Part shown: positions 26,842 through 32,000 of the stretch, piece by piece
How positions within the stretch are numbered: position 1 is the first letter of the stretch
Layout: every line of letters starts with the position of its first letter
Made by a program: the position numbers and the translations under genes
The notes under the pieces: model-generated
Databases searched by the model: none
What the model saw: the letters and a program-made list of their open reading frames with translations, nothing else
Told to the model about the DNA's origin: nothing
Source: Candidatus Nitrospira inopinata
GTDB taxonomy: Bacteria; Nitrospirota; Nitrospiria; Nitrospirales; Nitrospiraceae
DNA length: 32,000 nt
Assembly (NCBI RefSeq): GCF_001458695.1
Contig: NZ_LN885086.1
Span: 3,060,001-3,092,000, forward strand
Reading direction: 5' to 3'

Positions 26842-27919
26842 ACTCATGGCCGACATTGAGAAGGCCTATCTTAATGGCCCGCTCATTCGAGCAAAATTCT
26901 CCATGCCGGTCGATCACGGCCACGTGGCCGTGCTGTTCGGTCTTTCCGGCTCAGGAAAGACCACCGTGTTGCGTTGCCTCGCCGGATTGGAGCGCCTTAC
27001 CAAAGGTCGGATCATCTTTAACGGGGACATCTGGGCCGACGTGGAGCGTGGCATCATGGTTCCACCGCAACGACGAGCCGTGGGGTTTGTGTTCCAAGAC
27101 TATGCCTTGTTTCCCCACCTGACCGTCGCGGAGAACATTGCCTACGGCATGTCCTCCTGCTCCAGAAGCGAGCGACAACGACGGCTCGCCTCCTTGCTTG
27201 AGCAAATGCAGTTGACCGGCTTGGAACGCCGCAAGCCGCAAACGCTCTCAGGAGGCCAACAGCAACGAGTGGCACTGGCGCGCGCCTTGGCACGAAATCC
27301 TCGGCTTCTCTTGCTGGATGAACCGCTCTCGGCCTTGGATCTGCCGACGCAGTTGCGCCTGAGAGGCGAACTCCGCGCCCTGCTGCATCAAATCGGAATC
27401 CCTGCCATTTTGATCACCCACGATTGGAGTGAGGTGCTCTCCCTCGGCGATTCCGTCGTGGTGATGGCTCAAGGGGGAGTCTTGCAAACCGGATCGCCGC
27501 AAGAGGTCTTCACCCGACCCACGCATCCGGATGTGGCCGCGCTGGTCGGGGTGGACACTCTGGTTCCCGGCGAGGTGGTCCAGCGCGAGGCCGGCCTTGT
27601 CCACGTACAAGTGGGGGCTCGAACGATCGTCGCCATTGACTCACCCGAAGATGGGTTCACGGCTTGTTACGTCTCGATTCGCGGCGAAAACGTGGCGCTT
27701 GATCGTGAGCCGATGGCAGCCGGGAGCGCCCGCAATCATTTGGCCGGTCAAGTGGTCGAGATTCAACCAAGCGGCCAACTGGATCGGGTCGTCGTGGACG
27801 TCGGATTCCGTTTGGTCGCCTTGGTGACCCCCCTCGCCGTCAAGGAATTGAAATTGACCCAGGGCTCCCCTATCACCGCGACCATCAAGGCTGCGGCCAT
27901 TCACATTATTCCACGGTGA
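26831..27919 (+). CDS. modC: molybdate ABC transporter ATP-binding protein with a C-terminal TOBE domain
   Basis: Walker A GLSGSGKTT, the signature LSGGQQQRVALARAL and Walker B LLLLDEPLSALD are present. The C-terminal TOBE-like region is NHLAGQVVEI...ATIKAAAIHI. It overlaps modB by 11 nt; an in-frame ATG at 26846 is an alternative start. Confidence 0.93.
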   Translation: MAAELMADIEKAYLNGPLIRAKFSMPVDHGHVAVLFGLSGSGKTTVLRCLAGLERLTKGRIIFNGDIWADVERGIMVPPQRRAVGFVFQDYALFPHLTVAENIAYGMSSCSRSERQRRLASLLEQMQLTGLERRKPQTLSGGQQQRVALARALARNPRLLLLDEPLSALDLPTQLRLRGELRALLHQIGIPAILITHDWSEVLSLGDSVVVMAQGGVLQTGSPQEVFTRPTHPDVAALVGVDTLVPGEVVQREAGLVHVQVGARTIVAIDSPEDGFTACYVSIRGENVALDREPMAAGSARNHLAGQVVEIQPSGQLDRVVVDVGFRLVALVTPLAVKELKLTQGSPITATIKAAAIHIIPR

Positions 27920-28043
27920 AATTCAGCGACGGCCGTCAGCCCAACTCCGTGAGAGGTGTGACTTGCGTTGGGATATCAATCCACGCTATTGATTCACCGC
28001 AATGATCGCTGAACCGGCCGATTCATCGTCTGGACCGTGTCTG

Positions 28044-28688
28044 ATGACCAGACCCATCTTCTGGACGATCTTTTCTGTTGCCGTGGGAGCGGTTCTGCTC
28101 ACCACGACACCACCGACAGCCATCGGTCAAGAGACAGAGCCAATTGACATTGAATTGGAGGGGCAGCGACAGCCCGATCACCAGCAGGCCGCTCGATTGG
28201 AACGATGCCTCTCTTTTCCTCCGCCCTCCAATGGAGCCTCATCCTTTGAGAGTGTGCAGATTGAAACGGCCAATATCCTGCTCTATGAACAGTTCTTCGA
28301 GCTGTTTCTCCGCGCGCAACCGGTGTTCCGCATGGACCATCCGCTGGTCGATCACATCAGAGCCTATTGTTATCGCCACGTCTTGATCGTCGTCCGTCAG
28401 GATCTCAAGACTCCCAGACCGACCGGATGGGTGCAGGTGAATTTCCTTGTGCGGGACATCGAGACCATCCACCGAGAATTGGAAGAAGCCGGCCGCCGGC
28501 TTGCATCAATAGAACAGGGGATGCAAAAGAATCCGTTTCCCCTGCGCATCAAGCGCATGATCCCACGCAACCAGTGCCGGGTCGATCGCTTGGAGGTCTC
28601 CGGTCCTGAAGGATTCATGATCGGCTTCAATCAGATTCACAAAGAGACGTGTCGCCCACCGGCGATCAACGATGATCCTCGTCAATGA
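28044..28688 (+). CDS. hypothetical exported protein (C-terminal half faintly VOC/glyoxalase-fold-like)
   Basis: From ATG 28044 a signal-peptide-like N-terminus appears (MTRPIFWTIFSVAVGAVLLTTTPPTAIG-QE). GWVQVNFLVRDIETIHRELEEAG and LEVSGPEGFMIGFNQ resemble VOC-fold strands, but weakly. The ORF-track start is 28002. Confidence 0.5.
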   Translation: MTRPIFWTIFSVAVGAVLLTTTPPTAIGQETEPIDIELEGQRQPDHQQAARLERCLSFPPPSNGASSFESVQIETANILLYEQFFELFLRAQPVFRMDHPLVDHIRAYCYRHVLIVVRQDLKTPRPTGWVQVNFLVRDIETIHRELEEAGRRLASIEQGMQKNPFPLRIKRMIPRNQCRVDRLEVSGPEGFMIGFNQIHKETCRPPAINDDPRQ

Positions 28689-28778
28689 ATCACGAGCAAC
28701 TTATGCCGCCCGCACGCCCGATCGATGTATTGCGCTCCTGCGCGGTATAGGCTGCGGATCTCCGCGTGGAATCGGCGA

Positions 28779-29990
28779 ATGACGTCTCTTCCCTGGATCA
28801 ACCGCACCGTCGTCGGGATCGTGCTCGCCACCTTTCTGTCCGACTTTAGCCACGAGATGTGCACGGCGGTTCTTCCCCTCTACCTGGCGACCGTCGGACT
28901 GGGCCCCGCCGCGCTGGGGGTGATCGAAGGGGTCGCGGACTTCTTGGTCAGTCTCTCCAAACTCGCGGGGGGCGTGGTCGGCCATCACGTCGAACACAAA
29001 CGACCTTGGACGACCGTGGGCTATCTCGTCACCACGCTCGCGACCGGCGCCATTGGCTTGGTTGGAGGACTGGCCTCGCTGGTGTCGCTCAGGAGCCTCG
29101 CCTGGATCGGGCGAGGATTTCGCGGGCCGCTTCGGGACTCGATGTTGGCCGATGCCGTGAACCCCTCCTATTTTGGGCGGGCCTATGGGCTCGAACGGGC
29201 CGGTGACATGTTGGGCGCCGTGGCCGGGCCGTTGGTCGCTACCCTGTTGGTCTGGGGCGGAATCGAGTTTCGGACGGTCATTCTCTGGACCCTGGCGCCG
29301 GGGCTGCTGGCGGCGGCGGCCATTTTTTTTCTGGCGCAGGAGCGTCCGGCACCGCAGGTATCTCAATCCGATGCCGTGAGACCGCGCCCCGGCTGGCGTG
29401 CGTTTCCCCGCTCGTTCTGGTTGTTTTTGGCGGGGGTGTTTCTCTTTGGGTTGGGTGACTTTTCTCGCACCTTTCTGGTGCTGTTGGGAGCCCAACAGTT
29501 CGGAGAAACCAGCCTGCATGCCGAGGGAGCCCTCTCGGCCGCGATTCTCCTGTACACGGCTCATAACCTGATCAGCGCCCTCGCCGCCTATCCGATCGGC
29601 TCTCGCGCCGATCGGGGGAGCAAACTCTCGATCCTCCTCTGGGGGTACGGGCTCGGCGTCGGCACCAACCTGCTGCTTGCTTGGGCGGGAGCTTCTGTCG
29701 GCGGCCTGTTGATCGCCGTCGCTTGTTCGGGCGTGTACATCGCCGTGGAAGAGACGCTCGAAAAGGCGGTCGTCGCGGAACGACTCCCGCGGGAACTGCG
29801 GAGCCTTGGCTTGGGACTCTTGGCCTGCGCGAACGCCGTGGGTGACATGGTCTCAAGCCTCTACGTCGGCTATCTGCTTGACCACCATCAAGCGGAGGCG
29901 GCGTTCGGCATCGCGGCCTTCTGTGGCGCGATCGGCGTGCTCTGGCTCATGCTCATAAAAACGCGGGTCGGCGTCGTCAAACAGGGTTAG
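28779..29990 (+). CDS. MFS transporter
   Basis: About 403 aa from ATG 28779, with about 12 hydrophobic segments. An MFS-like loop lies between TM2 and TM3, and a central hydrophilic loop (QERPAPQVSQSDAVRPRPGWR) is present. Confidence 0.8.
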   Translation: MTSLPWINRTVVGIVLATFLSDFSHEMCTAVLPLYLATVGLGPAALGVIEGVADFLVSLSKLAGGVVGHHVEHKRPWTTVGYLVTTLATGAIGLVGGLASLVSLRSLAWIGRGFRGPLRDSMLADAVNPSYFGRAYGLERAGDMLGAVAGPLVATLLVWGGIEFRTVILWTLAPGLLAAAAIFFLAQERPAPQVSQSDAVRPRPGWRAFPRSFWLFLAGVFLFGLGDFSRTFLVLLGAQQFGETSLHAEGALSAAILLYTAHNLISALAAYPIGSRADRGSKLSILLWGYGLGVGTNLLLAWAGASVGGLLIAVACSGVYIAVEETLEKAVVAERLPRELRSLGLGLLACANAVGDMVSSLYVGYLLDHHQAEAAFGIAAFCGAIGVLWLMLIKTRVGVVKQG

Positions 29991-30011
29991 CGGCCCATTC
30001 CTTTTGCGACT

Positions 30012-31031
30012 GTGATGCGCCGCGCCGACGGATCTCGCACAACGATGAACCATGGGAACCTATTGTTAGCGAGCATGGCTTTGGATCGTCTGACCCTTGA
30101 GCGCAGGCAGGTCTGGATTTACCTGCTCGCCATTCTTGCCGGCTTGTTGGTGGGAAGCGCGTGGAACGGCGTCGGACGACCCTTCGAAGCGCTCTTGTGG
30201 CCGTCGCTGATGGTGCTGCTGTATACGACCTTTGTTCAGGTGCCGGTGCTGCATCTGCGCGACGCCTTTCGCGACCATCGGTTCGTGACGGCCATCCTGA
30301 CCGGAAACTTCGTCGTCGTGCCCCTCGTGGTTTGGATGCTCGTGCAGTGGCTCCCGCCTGATCCGATGTTGCGACTGGGGGTGCTGCTCGTCCTGTTGGT
30401 GCCCTGCACCGACTGGTTCATCACCTTCAGCCAACTGGGGGGCGGCAATGTGCCTCGCGCGATCGCGGTGACGCCCGTGAACCTGCTGTTGCAGTTGTTG
30501 CTGCTGCCCCTCTATCTGTGGCTGATGCTCGGAGCCGACCTGTCGGAGGCCCTTCCACCCGCCGATATCTGGCCGGCGCTGGCCGTGGTTCTCCTTCCCC
30601 TCGGCGTCGCGGCCGCGTCGGAACGGTGGATCGAAGCCCGCGCAGGGCGCACATGGCTGCGCGAGCGCCTGGCCTGGTGGCCGGTGCCGCTCTTGGCGTT
30701 GGTCGTCTTCTTGATCGCGGGAGCGCAGGTCGGTGCGATACGGGACGCGCTGCCCCTCCTGCCGGCGGTCGTCCCGCTGTTCGTTGTGTTTTTGGCCCTG
30801 GCCGCCTTGATCGCCAAAGGGTTGACGGAACTGCTGACGCTGCCGGCCGATCAAGGGAGAACCGTGGCCTTCAGCCTCGGCACGCGCAATTCCTTCGTGG
30901 TGTTGCCCCTGGCCCTCTCACTGCCGGCCGACTGGCACGTCGCCGCCATCGTGATCGTCGTGCAATCGCTGGTCGAGCTCTTTGGAATGACGATCTACCT
31001 GTGGTGGGTCCCCCGCCACTTGTTCAGATAA
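30012..31031 (+). CDS. ACR3/bile-acid:Na+ symporter-superfamily permease (annotated in similar genomes as an arsenic-resistance-type protein); start uncertain
   Basis: Polytopic membrane protein. LDRLTLERRQVWIYLLAILAG resembles the N-terminus of Acr3-like proteins. LVPCTDWFITFSQLGGGN has a conserved Cys position analogous to the Acr3 RCIAMV region. LGTRNSFVVLPLAL lies near the C-terminus. Possible starts are GTG 30012, ATG 30015, ATG 30045 and ATG 30075. Confidence 0.65.
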   Translation: MMRRADGSRTTMNHGNLLLASMALDRLTLERRQVWIYLLAILAGLLVGSAWNGVGRPFEALLWPSLMVLLYTTFVQVPVLHLRDAFRDHRFVTAILTGNFVVVPLVVWMLVQWLPPDPMLRLGVLLVLLVPCTDWFITFSQLGGGNVPRAIAVTPVNLLLQLLLLPLYLWLMLGADLSEALPPADIWPALAVVLLPLGVAAASERWIEARAGRTWLRERLAWWPVPLLALVVFLIAGAQVGAIRDALPLLPAVVPLFVVFLALAALIAKGLTELLTLPADQGRTVAFSLGTRNSFVVLPLALSLPADWHVAAIVIVVQSLVELFGMTIYLWWVPRHLFR

Positions 31032-31118
31032 GGACATCGCCTCCTCTCTTGCCCACCATTTCTTTCCCACCATTTGAGCCTCCAGTCTCGCGGAGAAAAG
31101 AATCATGCCGCCCAGTCC

Positions 31119-31166
31119 TTGACAAGCACCAGCTTCATGATGTAACCATTGGTTACATCATGAAGC
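31119..31166 (+). promoter_or_regulatory. promoter plus 35-bp perfect palindrome (probable operator) of the XRE/S24 repressor gene
   Basis: TTGACA at 31119-31124, a 16-nt spacer, then TGTAAC (31141-31146) with TG at 31138-31139. The palindrome GCTTCATGATGTAACCA-T-TGGTTACATCATGAAGC spans 31132-31166 and includes the ATG at 31160. Confidence 0.6.
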
Positions 31167-31714
31167 CAAGTGAACTCAAACGCCTTCGCGAGCAACTGGG
31201 CCTGACGCAGCAGCAGCTCGCCGAAGCGCTCAGGACAACCCGCGTCACTGTCGCCCGCTATGAAACCGGCATGAGACGGATTCCCGGAACCGTCTCCGTG
31301 GCCATCGAGCAGTTGCGGCAATCAGCCCCTCCTCTCACTATCCCGTTGGCGGGAACCGTTGCGGCCGGCTCCCCCATCGAGCCGATCGAGCAATCGGAAT
31401 CAGTCGAGATTCCTCCCGGCATGTTGAAGGGAGGAACGGTCTTCGCGTTGCGCGTCAAGGGAGACTCCATGAAAGACGAGGGGATTTTGCCCGGCGATCT
31501 GGTCATCGTTCGCAAGCAAGACACGGCCAGGAACGGCCAAACCGTCGTGGCGCTGGTCAATCGCGAGGCCACGATCAAAATCTATGTCAAAAAGGACACC
31601 CACATTGAACTACGCCCGGCCAACGTGACGATGGCGCCCATCATCGTGAAACCGTCGGATGAGTTTCGCATTGAAGGGGTCCTGGTCGGCGTGATTCGAC
31701 ATTGTGCAATCTAG
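31160..31714 (+). CDS. LexA/CI-like repressor: XRE-type HTH plus S24 (LexA/UmuD-type) self-cleaving peptidase domain
   Basis: 184 aa. The HTH_3 is LKRLREQLGLTQQQLAEALRTTRVTVARYETG. A cleavage-site-like VAAG-S is present, with catalytic Ser in VKGDSM and Lys in EATIKIYV. The ORF-track ORF 30518..31714 is trimmed to ATG 31160. Confidence 0.85.
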   Translation: MKPSELKRLREQLGLTQQQLAEALRTTRVTVARYETGMRRIPGTVSVAIEQLRQSAPPLTIPLAGTVAAGSPIEPIEQSESVEIPPGMLKGGTVFALRVKGDSMKDEGILPGDLVIVRKQDTARNGQTVVALVNREATIKIYVKKDTHIELRPANVTMAPIIVKPSDEFRIEGVLVGVIRHCAI

Positions 31715-31728
31715 CAAGGAGGGATCTC

Positions 31729-31983
31729 ATGACCACGATGGAACAGCCTGCCACCCACAGCCGCTTGATGGACCTGGAACGGCTTGTCACGCTGTTGAAC
31801 GGACACCTACGGGCGTTGCAACGGGAACTGGATCAGATCGACGCTCGGTCTTCAGCACCTCGTCCTTGGCTGATCTGGCCCCACCAGCGGCGGAATCAGC
31901 TTTTGATGTCGGCGATCTGTAGCCGGCGCATCCGGCCCAATCTCAGAAGGCACGACCTCAACGTCTCCCCGACGCCACGTTGA
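31729..31983 (+). CDS. hypothetical 84-aa protein, apparently co-transcribed with the XRE/S24 repressor
   Basis: The ATG at 31729 has AAGGAGGG 5 nt upstream and lies 15 nt after the repressor stop. The N-terminal part looks helical or coiled-coil (LMDLERLVTLLNGHLRALQRELDQID). The C-terminal half is Arg-rich. I recognise no family. Confidence 0.4.
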   Translation: MTTMEQPATHSRLMDLERLVTLLNGHLRALQRELDQIDARSSAPRPWLIWPHQRRNQLLMSAICSRRIRPNLRRHDLNVSPTPR

Positions 31984-32000
31984 CAAAGGGATGGCACGGT

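Noticed and set aside
27928-27937. GACGGCCGTC palindrome right after modC as a terminator
   Set aside because: It is a 10-bp self-complementary sequence with no room for a loop, so it cannot form a stable hairpin. No T-run follows.
28044-28688. Interpretation of the exported protein as ArsI-type C-As lyase or another defined VOC enzyme
   Set aside because: The VOC-like resemblance is limited to two short strands. There is no vicinal Cys pair and no clear metal-binding His/Glu triad, and the protein appears to be secreted. It is kept as hypothetical.
30518-31159. 214-codon N-terminal extension of the repressor ORF (the track gives 398 aa)
   Set aside because: The extension overlaps the ACR3-like gene in another frame, is Arg/Ala/Gly/Pro-rich, and runs through the promoter and palindrome. 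The HTH begins right after ATG 31160.

Overview
This is a 32,000-bp window that looks GC-rich by eye (roughly 58-62 %). Third-position GC bias is strong and produces many long spurious antisense ORFs. All family calls are from motifs I recognised by reading the ORF translations; no database search was run.

I can support 31 protein-coding genes, 2 hairpin terminators, several sigma70-type promoters and a few short repeats. I saw no rRNA, tRNA, CRISPR array, transposase, integrase, or obvious prophage or defence gene.

Positions 1-22,080 are tightly packed core housekeeping genes of a diderm bacterium:
- mutS2
- gap-pgk-tpiA-secG
- ilvE and a stand-alone PilZ protein
- a long same-strand run: rplU-rpmA-obg-proB-nadD-rsfS, then a LapA/LapB fusion
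- bioB
- a YqgE/AlgH-family protein
- an envelope group: a DUF481 outer-membrane protein, mscL and a coiled-coil OmpA-like lipoprotein
- an exported TPR protein
- trmL and galE

Positions 22,081-32,000 look more accessory:
- A molybdate-uptake cluster in which modABC is preceded by an XRE-HTH/PBP-like (molybdate-binding-type) regulator and by an alginate-export (AlgE)-like outer-membrane barrel.
- An exported unknown protein, an MFS transporter and an ACR3-like permease.
- A LexA-like repressor built from an XRE HTH plus an S24 peptidase domain. Its promoter and start codon lie inside a perfect 35-bp palindrome, and it is followed by a small unknown ORF that runs towards the window edge.

I did not find a convincing multi-gene novel system such as a defence, secretion or mobile-element system. 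The most unusual things actually visible are:
- the 35-bp palindrome with the non-canonical LexA-like module
- the operon-encoded outer-membrane barrel inside the mod cluster
- the LapA-LapB fusion
- a 12-nt tandem repeat array in the mutS2/gap divergent region

Taxonomy cannot be assigned without a search. The gene order is reminiscent of Nitrospirota or Deltaproteobacteria-like lineages, but that is only an impression.
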